Position numbers and translations under genes: made by a program. From positions 10,089,575 through 10,153,574 of the forward strand of contig NC_081380.1 in assembly GCF_030684315.1 (NCBI RefSeq): a DNA stretch of 64,000 nt. Reading direction: 5' to 3'. Position 1 is the first letter of the stretch, and every line of letters begins with the position of its first letter. Below the pieces are notes generated by a model that ran no database searches, was not told where the DNA came from, and was given only the letters and a program-made list of their open reading frames with translations. Shown here piece by piece: positions 12,480-25,339 of the stretch. The DNA comes from Stegostoma tigrinum (taxonomy: Eukaryota).

Positions 12480-14400
12480 CTGAAAACCAACACAGTAAAA
12501 GAAAGGATCAGTTTGAGGGATATGCTAGTTCCATTTCAGAATTAATACATGTATAGATCAACAACAAATTTGGAAAAGGTTAAGTATAGGGGATATCTTT
12601 ACCAGTACAGTCATTGAACAGCATGCACTGAGCAAAAAACAGTAAATAGTAGCCTATCAATATGCTAGGTCCTAACAATGGACTTCATTCCCACAGTATT
12701 ATATAACAAAAGCCCTAATCTCACCAATACTGGGTGACCACTATAGATGTCAATGATATGAAGAAATGAACTACCGAGAAGCATAAAAGAGAAGGACCAA
12801 GAGGAAGCAGGAGTACAAAGGAAGAGGAAAGTTGCAGATGACATTCAGGGATGGAAAGTCACTCTGAGGTGAGGAACTAAGTTTTGAAGAGCCGTGCTAA
12901 GCCTACTGATAGGGAGGCAGGATAGTGGATCAATCCAGACCAGCCTTACCCTAGCCGGTCAATGGTTAGAAAATTAATTATTGGCAAGATTATACCATGT
13001 TGAAAACACTCCAATTAAAATGTCTGGACTTCGGGGACCTTGGGTTTACAAGAGGACAAAACTGCTAAAACTAGGTTGCAGCAAATAGAAAGATAATAAT
13101 GCAAGACTGTGAGATAGAGAAAAAAAACCAACAACTAGGAAACCTATGACTGAGCAAGAATTAAATCAAATTAAAAAGGAAATAGGAACAGCAAATAATG
13201 GATAGAATGAATGAAAATGAAGGGATCTGAAATATCTTTGTTTAGTATTTTGTATCAATGTTTACGGATGCTGACTGGGGTACTGAAGAATGTAGAACAG
13301 CCAAATATGGAGGTACCAATCCAAAGAAAGCACTGTCACAAATTATCAAGTATTCTAAAGCCAATAAAGTGCCCTTTAAAGTATAGTTATTGTTGTGATG
13401 TCGGAAACATGGCATGAAATTGTGCACACCAAGATTCCACAAACAACAATGAGATAAATACTTCATTGCTTATCGTTCACCGTGGCATCTTTCATGACGT
13501 GCCGGGAAGCATTTTGGAAAATATGTTTCATTTCTGCATTAAAAATATTCCATTTATAATTTACAACATACTAGAATACTAGAAGTTTATTTACTTGGAA
13601 GCTGACTGGTGCACACCTTTCATGATATACATTGATATTTACCACATTTTCATTACACATTGTTGAAAATAGGTTTATCAATGAAGTAAAATAGCTTTAT
13701 TCAGGGGTGGAAATTATCCACAGTCATTTCAAATAATAAACAGATTCTGAAACTAAGAAACGGTTCTGTTTATAAAGGTGTTTATTAGTCAGCTTCCTAG
13801 TAAATTAACTTCTAGTAATTAACTGCTTTATAAAAAAGGTGTCAATTAATTCCCCCGAGGCTAAAAAAACAGCTTTAGAGAGCTTCCTCAAATATTCACA
13901 AACAACAGAAACTCACCATAGTGGTAATTATGACCAACACAGAACACAATATTTTCTGGACTAGCAACGACCTTGGAAACTAAACTCAGCTTAATTTGTG
14001 TTTGGAATTTCTTGATGAAATAGCAGTGCAACCACTAATCTCTAGAGTCCCCAACACTTCATCCCTTCATGCATCTTCCATCATTGTGAATTTGGAAAAC
14101 AGCAAGTCATCAACTCTTTATGGAAACCAGAAAGTTGGCAAATAAAGAGATTGCAGTGAATGTTGCACACAGGAATTTTCATAATATGTTTACATTCCAT
14201 AAAACTTTATATTAAGCTTGATGCACATTATATCAGCAGAATTGTGCTGGATTTAAAGCGAATGGTTGGGTTAAGTCAGCATCTTTCCACATTGGCAATG
14301 TGTGCACAACAATCGGCAATCTGTGCTTTCATGAATTTCTTTCATTGTCCATTTATGGAGAAATTACTTGGATGGAAGCACAAGTAAAGAAGGCAAGTAA

Positions 14401-14534
14401 GACCCATCTGGGGAAGGGTCTGGGCCCGAAGTGTCAGCCTTCCTGCTCCTCTGACGCTGCTTGGCCTGCTGTGTTCATCCAGCTCTGCACCTTGTTGTCT
14501 CAGATTCTCCAGCATCTGCAGTTCCTACTATCTA
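14401..14534 (+). mobile_element. Short Neptune-like PLE 3' end starting at the hammerhead
   Basis: gaagggtctgggcccgaagtgtcagc...cagttcctactatc. TSD taaagaaggcaagt at 14385-14398 and 14535-14548. Confidence 0.88.
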
Positions 14535-15629
14535 TAAAGAAGGCAAGTGATGCTCAAATGTACAAAGATTAGGCTTCAGTTGGAGACTTGCAAACAGATT
14601 ATAGGAAGAAGATATGCAAAGCCGGGTTAATGACTCTCACCAGGACTAATGAGGCAGTCAGAGTAGCTTCCTTCTGTTCTAGAAGTCTAATATACTGAAA
14701 TAGGAAAGACACATCATCTCAATTGACAAAGGATTTCCTACACAAAACACCTTATGTAGATCTGATCAACTCAGTGGCATTAAATGGATTCTGTAACATT
14801 TGCTTTATGAAATATTTTCAGTGATATGCACATTGTATCCTGATTAATGGACCATGTTTTCCCAAACTAGCCCAATTACCATTCTATGTTCCAGTTGTTG
14901 TGGTAATAATACTCTGAATGTCTAGAGCTTTACAAATGAACTCACAAAGCCAGGTTAAACCTTTGATGCTCCAATATGCAATGCATCTCAAGTCTCTGAA
15001 ACAGAACTGGTGGTCATGCATCTGCCGAAATTCTCTTGGTGGAGAGCCGACGGGCACTTCCTGATCTCGCAATAGTGAAGGCTAAAGACTGACTCTGCTG
15101 GTGTTTTGACTTGTCTGCACAGAAGGTCCAGGGAGAGAACACTGTCCTCATCGATTACAGATGAAACAGGAATGGAGGTGTTATGCTCTTCTACAGAGGT
15201 AAGAGATATGACATCACTGTTGCATTGTTCCTGGTCAGAGTTTGACCTCACGTCTCCAGAGCTGATGGTTAATGATGGAGATAAATGTCTTCGAGTGTGA
15301 ATAACTATATCTCACTAGATCTCAACTTAACTTTTCAGGAGTGAAATTTTGGACTAGATTTTCTTGTAGCTTGTGTCGACAGAAGTTCACCTCATCTGAA
15401 GTGACTGGGATAAATGTGAAGTGCAAATGCTTATCCAATCAGCCTTAAAATGTTTGGATGGCAACTCCTCAATTGTACCTTCAGGAGCTGAGTGGGAATA
15501 TCCTGCTCATTTTAAACTGGAAGGTCAAATTTTCTTTGTTTCACTTAATACAAAAACACAAGTGACAGGAGAACTAGAATCTGGAGGACGTGATTTCAAC
15601 ATCCACAACATATTTTGGTTGTGTAATAG

Positions 15630-18000
15630 GAATGTAAAACTTTGGAGAATGATCAGGCCATTCAGCCGGTCAAGGTTGCTGTACTATTCAATAAGATCAC
15701 GGCTAAGCTGGTGATGTTCTCCACCCCATTTTCCTGTCTGCCCTCCATGGTCCTTAACTTCCTTGGCTATCAAGAACCCATCAAATTCAGCCTTAAATAA
15801 ATTCAGTGATGCAGCCTCCACTATTTTCTGGGGAACTGAATTCCATTGATGAACAAAATCATTTTCATTTTAAAGGGAAATCTGTTACTCTTAACTGTGC
15901 TCTCTAGTTCAAGTCTCCCCAATGCTACAGTAATCAACTTCCCAGTATCCCACCAATCAGTACCTCCAGCATTTCAAATTCTGGTCCCAGTTGATGTTGT
16001 TACTCGATAAATCAGATCCCAGGCTGAAACCTGGCTTGATAGATTTTTAAAACATATATAAACAAGGTGATCTTTCACTGGAGCACAAGCACGCAATGCT
16101 GCAGATTTGCTTTTGACATTAAAACAGAAGTTTGTTAAGCAAATGAAAATGAAGATAAAATAGAATAAAGCAAACTATTACATAATTTGAAAGATTTCAA
16201 AAGAGACAGTAAGGATACACCTATCTCAACAGCATCCCTTTACAATACTCAAACAGCAGAGTGAATTCCCTAGTCTATTATACCTATAAGCTTAAAATAA
16301 CTGTTTCAGTTCCCTGTCTTGACAGTTAGACAGACAGTCTGTTCCACGATTATTCACCATACTGAGTTTCGACTTTGTCAGCTTCAAAAACCCCCTTCAG
16401 GTTTCTAACCAAACACATCCGATCTGGAATTTCAAATTAAATCGTCATAACTGCGGTAACCCATTTCTAACTCTTTTGGAATAAGTCATTGTTCTGGGAG
16501 AACTGTTTCATACATCTAACATTAACCAGAACATCTAAGAATTGAAATCAGAAGCTTTCTAAGTTATAGGCTTTTCCTTCAGCAAAAAACAAAGAACCAA
16601 TTCCCGATCTTACTAACTAAAAGCTAGCGAATGTTTTTTGATGGTATTCTGCCAATTCTTAAAGGCTGCCCAATGCAAACTGCAAACCAACTGTCATTAC
16701 ATCTCCAGAAGAGTTCTCTCATATACGGCGTAAAAAAACTGCAACAAAAATACTGACAATTCAATCATTGAAGGTCCTTATACACATAGACCAAAAGCCA
16801 CATCCAACAAGTTCAAGATCTAAAAACAGAACTAAATTACAGTAAAACATATGTAAATCACACACTTTACATCACTCCATGTTCTAATAAGATCAATTCT
16901 GATAATTCCAAACTCCAATAGCTACAGGTCTAGTCCAATCCTTGCTTATGGGATAACACCATCATCCAGGGAATGAGTCAAATGTACCTTCTCTGAACTG
17001 TTTCTCACACAATTCCAACCTTTTTCATATACAGAGACTAAACCTGTACACAATATTCAAGATGTGGTCTCATCAAGGATTTTTACAGTCATAATATAAC
17101 TTCTCTATTTTTATATATCATCCCCCTTGCACTAAAAGCCATTTGCATTTAACTTGCTGTAACTGTAAAGTAATGTTTAGTGATTTGTGTACCAAGAAGG
17201 CTAGATTCCTCTGCACCTTAGAGTTGTGCAATCTCTCTCCAATGTACTGCATTTCATTTTTCCTGCCAAAATGGACAATTCACATTTTTCTACATTATAC
17301 TTCCTGCCAAGTTTTTTGCTGACTTCCTTAGCTTATTTATACCCTTTTGGAGATGATCTACCTCCTCTTGACAATTTACTTTCCTACCTGTCTTGGTGTT
17401 ATCAGCAAATATAGCTAACATCCAATCAGGCCCTGCATTCACGTAATCAACAGAGATTGCAAATAATGGAGTATCCAACATTAGTCTTTTTGACACACCA
17501 CTAGTTACAGCTTGTCAATCTGACCCATTTATCCCTATCCTCTGCTTCCTGTTTGCCAATTCTTTGTCCATACTAATATGTTAGTGCCTAAAGCAGGTGC
17601 TATAGCAATCTTAGATCACCTTATCTTTTGGAAATCCAAACACGGCACATTTCCCTTTTATCACTTAGCCTGTTATTTTCTCAGAACAAAATTAGTTTAA
17701 CATAATTTCTCTGTCACAAAGTCATGTTGACTCTGCCTGATTACATTATGATTCGCTAAGCATCCTGTTACAACCCGTTTAATAACGGAATCTAGCAATT
17801 TCACAACAACACTCATTAGGCTGAACTGGCCTGTAGTTTTCTGCTTTCCATCTTCCTCCTTTCTTGAATGAAGGTGTTGCTTTGGCAATTTCCCAATCCA
17901 CTGGGACTATTCAAGAAACAAAGGAGTTCTGGATAGTTCTCTGTTCCATGGCCCCCAGGATGCAGGATGTGCACTCTGCAGAATATGCCTGGGTCTAATA
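15630..18000 (-). mobile_element. Old CR1 LINE (RT and 3' end), interrupted at about 15980-16871
   Basis: ORF fragments FADNTKTGRKVNCQEEVDHLQKGINKL and SLMSVVVKLLDSVIK...SQHDFV; CR1 3'UTR near 15630-15800. Confidence 0.75.
15980..16871 (-). mobile_element. Possible solo LTR inserted into the CR1
   Basis: About 0.9 kb of non-CR1 sequence interrupts the CR1. It begins TGTAAAGTGTG on the minus strand and ends ...gtaacaacatcaactgggacc. No clear TSD. Confidence 0.4.
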
Positions 18001-19149
18001 GACATTTCCAGCACCTTATCCCCTGGTAAAGGTGGTATTTTTAAGTTCCTTACTATTGTTCGTTGAGGACCTTGGAAAATTTTCCAAGTCTTCTGCAGTT
18101 CATTATTTATTCACCAAAGATGCGTTCCTCTCAAAGTATCTTTCTTTCTCACTGGAGTAAATCTTTGCCAACAGATATTATTAAGTGTCTCCTTAAAGGT
18201 GTGCCATTGTAACACTACTGTTCTACTTTGGTTTCCAGTTTACTTTCACTAATTCTACCTTCATGCTGTCATAATGATTTTATTCAGGTTTAAAACACTA
18301 GTCTGACAGCCGCATATCCCCCCTACAAACTGAATGTAAAATTCTACAATGTTATGATCACTATCACCAATGTCTCCTTTGCCAGGAGGTTATTGCTTAA
18401 TCCCATTTTATTACACATTACCAAGTCTAAAATAGTCTTCTCCCCAGTTAGCTCTAGCACATTGCGAGTCATTGACATAAATAGACCCTTCAGTCCAACT
18501 CGTCCATGCCATCCAGATCGCCTAAACTAAACTAGTCCTATTTGCCTGAGTTTGGCCCATATCAGGCCGAACCTTTCCTATTTGAAAAAACACTATCTTG
18601 AACAAACTCTGTGAACTTATTTTCTAGGTTGACTTTGCAAATCTGATTCAACCATCCACATATAGATTGAAGTCATTCATGACTGTTGTGGTGCATTTCT
18701 TACCTGTCCCATCTATCCCTTCCTGTAGGTTTTGTCCTTTAGCGTAACTACTGTGAGAATGCTGCTAAACAACTTGCACTAGTGGCCTTTTAACCTATAC
18801 TGTTAAGTACCTCCACCCAAGATGATTCTCCATTGCATCCTTTTGACAATACACAATGAATCTGTTCACACCATGATCTGCCTGAGGATTTCAACCTTGT
18901 CTCCAAAGTCATTATACACCAAGATCCAAAGAGAATTGGAGGAAGGGATTTCCTGCGAGTAGTCTGGAGGATACATTCCACTGACAAGGCTGTCAGAGAA
19001 CAGCAGCACATGAAGGGCAAAACTGCCAAAGAGTCAGAATAAGAGTATCCTGGAGGGGGGTAAGAGATTGCGGTGCTTGGGAAAGAGATGTGGAGAGAGA
19101 GAATTGGGTCACAGGAAGTCAATACTGATACAAACCTGGGGAGAAAGTT

Positions 19150-19410
19150 TTCTTTATTTTTTTACGTGATGTGTATGTCCTGGCAAGGCTGGCCTATGTT
19201 GTCAACTCCTAGTGTCCCTTCAATGCAGTGACTTGCTAAGGCCATTTCAGAGGGCAGTTAATCACATTGCTGTGGGTCTGGAGTCACACGTAGGCTAGGG
19301 AAGAGTGAAATATTTCCTTTCTTAAGGTACATTAGAGAACCAGATGGTACTTTACAATACTCAATGATAGCTTCAGGGTCACCACTGGTGAGATTAGACT
19401 TGGATTCCAA
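19150..19410 (-). mobile_element. tRNA-derived SINE with SlmI/MetaSINE-like core
   Basis: ccatttcagagggcagtta...cacattgctgtgggtctggagtcaca is the reverse complement of the core at 62740-62790. Confidence 0.65.
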
Positions 19411-20758
19411 ATGGGCAAGTGAGACTTAGTTTAGATGGCTGAGTTGAAATGGACTGAGACATATATATGGGCTTCAAGAAAACAATTCAGTGTAGCTACA
19501 AATAAACAAATAATCTCAGAAATGGGCAAGATTTAAAAGCAAGTTCATGGCCAAATAAAATGCCAAAAATCTAAATTGGTTCCAACCTGAGGGAACGATT
19601 AGGATATCCTAGTGGGAACACAAGCAATGGTTATTCACAATGAGATGCTGCATCTCATGTATGACTTAATGCTGGCTCAGCATTCAAGGCAATCAAGAGA
19701 GCAGGAGACACGACAGAGTGTGGTGGGGGTGAATGTCTTCAACAGCTGATGGGAAAAGCAAGTGTTTGCTTCTTCAAGAAGAGAAGCAGCCAGGAACAGA
19801 GCCCCAGGTCGTTCCTGAGATGGATTGCAAAGAGACTGTGAGAAACTCATGGCTGCGAAGGAGGAAGTAGGAATGGAACAATTCAGCAGAGCCCCCACAT
19901 TTGGGGGGGGGGGGGTGGTGTTGGAGGAGGGTAGCATGGCATGGCATGCAAGAAAAATAATCATACAGGGATAGTCACAATACAGAGAAATCCATTCAAT
20001 TTAATTTGGGCAACACTGCCAGTCACATGAGTGGCATTCAAACAATGAATAATGGAAGAAATGGGTGTTCAACTGGAATTGAAGCAGATTAGATGGAAGC
20101 GATAGAAACAACGGAGTGATACTTGTAAAGGGAAGATGGACATTGGCCTGCTGAGAGGGTGATGGTGCTGGATATCTTGCACTTTAGCAAAGGGGGACTA
20201 TGTGCCATATGCTACACCAACATCACCACTCTGTGAATTACTTACCACAATAAAATGCATTTCCTCTTTCCCCATTCTATTTGCATGTGAGGGAAAATCC
20301 TTTCCTCATCTACACACGTACACATTGAAGTCTGTTTCCAACAATCACCACTCAGATTTTCCTTAAGATAATAAATCCATTGAGTTTTACACATGAGGCT
20401 TACATCACCACATCTGGAGCCTCTGATGCATTACAGGCTTGCAAACCACTCAGAGTTACTCAGTTCCTCTCCTGCGTGCACAGCCTGCAGAAGTGGATAC
20501 CCTGGCGGAATGCATCTGTTTAACACCAACCTCCCACTCCACCTGCCTGGTGCCAGCTCTTCAACTGCAGCAGCAACAGCACAGCACACTGTTGGGAGAA
20601 CAAGGGAACCAGTGTACTTGATCTCGAGCAACTCTGCTGAGGCAGAAACTACTGTAGAAGCCAGGCTGGCTGAAGCAGACAGACACAGTCATGGAGGATG
20701 TCAAACTACCTTCCAAAAATAGCTTCATGCTGCATGAAGCCACAGCAACTTCAGGGGC

Positions 20759-20814
20759 TGTGTGTGTGTGTGTGTGTGCGCGTGTTGGGGGGGGGGGGGG
20801 GGGGTAGGGTAGGG
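20759..20814 (+). repeat. (TG)n tract followed by G18 and tagggtaggg (G-quadruplex potential)
   Basis: Read directly. Confidence 0.9.
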
Positions 20815-21698
20815 AATGACAAAACATGTGAATCAGAAAACGGCTCCTTGTTCTCTCAGGACTGAGTCACTAAGGCAAAGCTGCAGTTCCAATAAACATT
20901 CCCCGATAGTCTATCCCTCCAGCACAAATGGAAGAATTCCAATCCAGTCTCCATTGTTCAGACAGCACCAAATCCTAATTTTTTTTTTACTTCCTTCCTG
21001 ATCGAACTCCATTCCTCGGGGTCTGCACTAAGGATTTTTTTTTCTCCTCCCTGGGCAGTAGTATTGAATCAAGCTGCAGAGACTGGTTTAATTTAAGCGG
21101 AAAACAGAGACGTGGGCACTGATTCCACAGCACTGGGTTTCAATACTTTTTTATTTAAAAAAAAATCAGCTCCTGTTTTATTTCTTCCGGTTGCCCCTGC
21201 CCCAGCTCCCCCTTCGCTGCCAACCCTTGCCATGGCATATCTGTGGGCACCGGGAGCTTCAATCCAGACAGGACGAGCCAAAACCAGACAAAATTCCAGC
21301 TGCCAGCCCACATCTTTGGGAAGTAGAAGGGGCGCCTCCTTATTCCAAGCCAGTTAGCTCAGCTGCCTGGACGGTTTTGGTTTGCGATGGAGAGTGGGTT
21401 CAGTTCTGACTCTCCTACCTCAGCCTCTCCCTTCGCCTCAGGTCAAACCACCCCAAGTTGCATCCTCCCACCCCCCCAAAATAGGGAAGCAGCTCTGGGG
21501 CTATGGTGACTTCTGCTTTCTTCACCAGGCTAAAAGGAAATCAGCAAAGTTCAGAGTTTCCAAGTGTGTAGAAATCCACTGATACTTACCCACCTCCTTC
21601 CTTCCATTCAAATTCACTTTGATATTACTTCTCCATGAACTGTGTGTACAAGTTCAATGTAGACCCAAGAGCACTGAGCTGGGAGGGAGGCACCTTAC

Positions 21699-21901
21699 CT
21701 GCAGGAAGTGGTAAGCTAGTCCTGTTGTACATTGCTCTGGCAGGTTGAGTCTGTCACTCGTTCCTCAGGATATACGGACAACGGTTAATTTCAACATCCT
21801 GCACTCAATTTGCCCATTACTAAGCTGTAATTTTATATCAAATCAAATTATTCCAAGACACCACGCCAGTTCCTTTTCAGATTCCTCAGCCTTGTGTCAT
21901 A
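21699..21901 (-). other. Candidate upstream CLIP2 exon: 5'UTR plus ATG at 21732 encoding MYNRTSLPLPA(G), phase-1 donor
   Basis: Minus strand shows a polypyrimidine tract and branch-like ctaac in tttttgtttctaacactgaacgttttccag|, an in-frame TGA upstream of gcaATG, then 34 coding nt ending CAG|gtaagg. The phase matches the CLIP2 exon acceptor at 12479. No similarity to the mammalian N-terminus (MQKPSGLKPP...); three short uORFs are present. Confidence 0.35.
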
Positions 21902-22059
21902 CTGGAAAACGTTCAGTGTTAGAAACAAAAACATGTGGGAGGAAGAACAGTTTTAAAAAAAAGGCAGGCAACTTGCTTCTTAAGGAACAATTTAAAAGGA
22001 TTATAAATTGTAAATTAAACAAGAAGATCAAAGAATGAAGTGCTCACATCTCCCAACTT

Positions 22060-22400
22060 GAAAGACTTGCATTTACATAGCGCTTTTTTGCAACACGGTT
22101 TGCGGCAATGAAGTGTTCTGTTGGAAATATGGGGAACACAGCAACCAATTGGCACTTCCAAAACTTCAATGCGATAATGAGCAAATTAGTCATGTTTTTT
22201 GTGTGTGATTTGCTGATTGAGGGATAAGTATTGGCCACAAATTGGGAGAACTCAACACTCTACTTCAAAAGAATGTCATGGGATCTTCCACGTCCACCCA
22301 AGCAGGCAGCTGGAGGGTTTGGTTTGACTGGCACTGCCCTGAATTTAGCAGGTCCTTCTTCACACTGACCTTAGGCTGTGAACCACACAACACTGACTTG
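22060..22400 (-). mobile_element. Deu-domain SINE (SacSINE1/AmnSINE-like), degraded
   Basis: Minus strand gggtggacgtggaagatcccatgacattcttttgaagtagag...tggccaatacttatccctcaa resembles the Deu domain. Confidence 0.65.
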
Positions 22401-24542
22401 TATCACAGCTCCACAGCCTTCCCCATTTCATAAGTTGACTTTCCTTTGGCAAAATTGCCCATTTCTCACTTGTCGAGCATTAGACCTGGGAAAGAAACCT
22501 TTTTCATTGGAGGTATCACCCATTAGCGTCAAGCTCCCTCTGCTCACTCTATTATGTAGGGTATTCCACAGCTATCCCTCCGTCCCTGAAACTACTCATT
22601 TCAGAGATGCATCTGCCTGTTTATCACAGCAGCCAGACATCACATGAACTTGGTCATTACAGCTTGGTGATCTCTCCAGATTGACAATTTGTGACAAAGT
22701 TGCGACATGGGGGCCATGTGAAACAGAACTAAGGTTTCGGGTGCCCATTTCATATAGGTCTTAGAATGAATAGACACTGGTGACTTGTGACTTTGTAGTC
22801 TGGGCTCGATTCAAATGGGATCACAGGGCTGAAATACTTCGCTGTAATCACCCTGACTTATTGTCTTATATTAAAAGAGACAGATTTGTCTAAGCCACTG
22901 TAAATTGTTGTGAGGCGGCTTTGGAACTTAACAATGTTTAATTGTCTTTAAAACGTAATTGAAGTCTCTTTATTAAAGCTCTCAGCTGGTCACTGTAAGC
23001 CTGAATTTATAGGTAGCTATTTGAAACGCTTCACTGATTTCAGTAATAGGCAGCGTTGTTGACGTGCAGTCTAAAAGCAGGGATTATCATAAAGTGAACG
23101 TTGCTCTTAACCAATGACAATCTTTAACCTTGCAGCCCGAGAGCTTTGTTACTCATTTCAGTCTGTCATATGACTTCCTTCAAAACAATCGAGAAAGGGA
23201 GCCCAGTAAGTGGAAAACACCATGATCCACTGGCAGTAATTATTAGCAGGAACTGAATAGTAAAATCAAACTGCAGCTAATTAACAGGACAGGCCTGGTC
23301 CAGGGAAAGATGGGAAATTTGGCAGCTCTATGCGGACTGGCTTCACTGTTTGTGGGCATCCGCTTTCTCCATCAACTTTCCTCTTCTGTAACATGAGGTG
23401 TAATGGCCCATTGAATGACATGATCATTTGAGGAGACGAACTGCAAGCATTTCCCTACACCACCAGGAGAATGATGATACCAGGAAGAAAGAACAGCCAA
23501 CACATACAAACTAAAAGGATATGCCAGTAAGTTCAACATACAGCTTACCAGTGAAAGCGCACTGGAGGAGACAAAGGCTTCATGCAAGCTGGAAGGCCCT
23601 GCCTACCCAGGTACGTATCAGTGACTGGAACAGGGACCAGCAGTTAGGCAGGCTCTCCCCAGTGGTCCTACGTATGCAGGGATCTATGGACAGCAGTTGG
23701 TCAGCTCTTGGAGCAGAAAGGAAATGCATTGTTCTAATTGTCCAGGGCGTAGAAGTGTAGGTGAACAAAAAGCACAGACATCCCAAGCATCAATCTATTA
23801 CTACTACAGTATATCACATTTCCATTATTCTACAAGGGGAATAGGAGCAAAAGAAACTGTCCTGATGGCCTCGTGGTAACAATGAAATAGAGGAGAAGAG
23901 TCAAGGGAATTTTAAAATGAATTTTAAAAGTGAAGGTCTCACATCCCACTCACCTTTCAGAGGCCCTTGCAGTGCCTTATATCACACTGTGAGGGTGTGT
24001 GACTTTGACAGGCAAAGCATTATTGTCACAGTCAAATCAGACAGCCACGGTGTAATTGGGATCTTGATTTAAAATTTTACCATCTGCAGTATGGGAGTCT
24101 CCAGCATCGTGGAACACAAAGGGAGGAAATCTCAAGAATGTAAGATTCTGATCAGTTCTGGAAATAAGGTCAATGATCTTAAACACTGACACAGTTTCTG
24201 CCTACATACATGCTGCAGGACCTGCTCAGTATTTACCAGCAATCTCTGGTGTTTGTGTTTTTAGAAACACAAAATCCTTGTGGCCAGTTGGAACAAGGGT
24301 GCTCCCTCAACCTGTCCGAGAAGACTTCAGCTTGTGGGCTGCCAAATGTGGACTTTCTCCCCCTTCCACAGCAATAATTGTCCCCAGCCCTGATTTCTCA
24401 GCACCCACTCCAGGCCAGCCCCTCCCAGTTGCCTGGGACTGTTTACTATGACAATGACAAACGCCACAAGTGGGGAACAGTAGCAAGGGTTTATGTAGGG
24501 TCCCACCATTAAAGTCAGTAGCGTGTTTTTGGCTGTCCTCTG

Positions 24543-24722
24543 GACACGCACGCGCACACAGACACGTGTATGCACGCGCACACACAGACACGCGCACACA
24601 CAGACACGCGCACACACAGACACGCGCACACACAGACACGCGCACACAGAGACATGCACACATGCATACGCGCACACACAGACATGCACACATGCATACG
24701 CGCACACACAGACATGCACACA
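24543..24722. repeat. Compound purine-pyrimidine minisatellite (16-mer gacacgcgcacacaca and 30-mer gacatgcacacatgcatacgcgcacacaca units)
   Basis: Read directly. Confidence 0.92.
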
Positions 24723-25214
24723 GGCAGACAAACAGTGAATTTATTTGCATGTGGACTGCGTTGTTGTTTTGCAGAGATCTTGAACAATAGCCCACTTGCA
24801 AGCAAAGTCTGGCCGTTCAAGTCCTCACTATCTCGGTGCCAACAAATTGTTTCAACCTCTGTTGGCCAGGAAGACAAACGACTGAAAGAGAATCAGTACA
24901 GAGACAAAGTGCAGTGAGGGACAGTTCATGCTTCAATATCAACTGAAAAGAAAGGAGAAGTTATACTGACTACACTGATGGTCTCAAATGTTTTGCTGTC
25001 TGTGAAATAAAGCGTCTTACAAATTTGGGGTTGGGGGGGATGCGGGGATTGGAACCACTGGCGACAGAATGAGGCCACCAGTACAGGGTGAATTCCTGTA
25101 GTATCTTACCTTGCATGTGTGCCTGTCTGTGCATAATTAAGATACCTTTGTGTGCTCGGTTAATTACTTCACTTTGCCTTACAAACCAAATCAAACAACT
25201 TCAACCCACGTTAC

Positions 25215-25339
25215 AGAGATAGTAGGAACTGCAGATGCTGGGAAATCTGAGATAACAAGGTGTCAAGCTGGATGAACACAGCAGGCCAAGCAGCAGAGGA
25301 GCAGGAAAGCTGATGTTTTGGGTCAAGACCCTTCTTCCG
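25215..25339 (-). mobile_element. Short Neptune-like PLE 3' end truncated at the hammerhead core
   Basis: Terminal repeat ending ...gggtcaagacccttcttc on +. TSD aac(c/t)cacgttac at 25203-25214 and 25340-25351. Confidence 0.85.

Noticed and set aside
11885-12556. 223-aa plus-strand ORF
   Set aside because: Antisense shadow of the CLIP2 exon with no recognisable domain.
24307-24917. Several 70-160 aa ORFs rich in CV or HT repeats
   Set aside because: Artefacts of the CA/CG minisatellite lacking stop codons.
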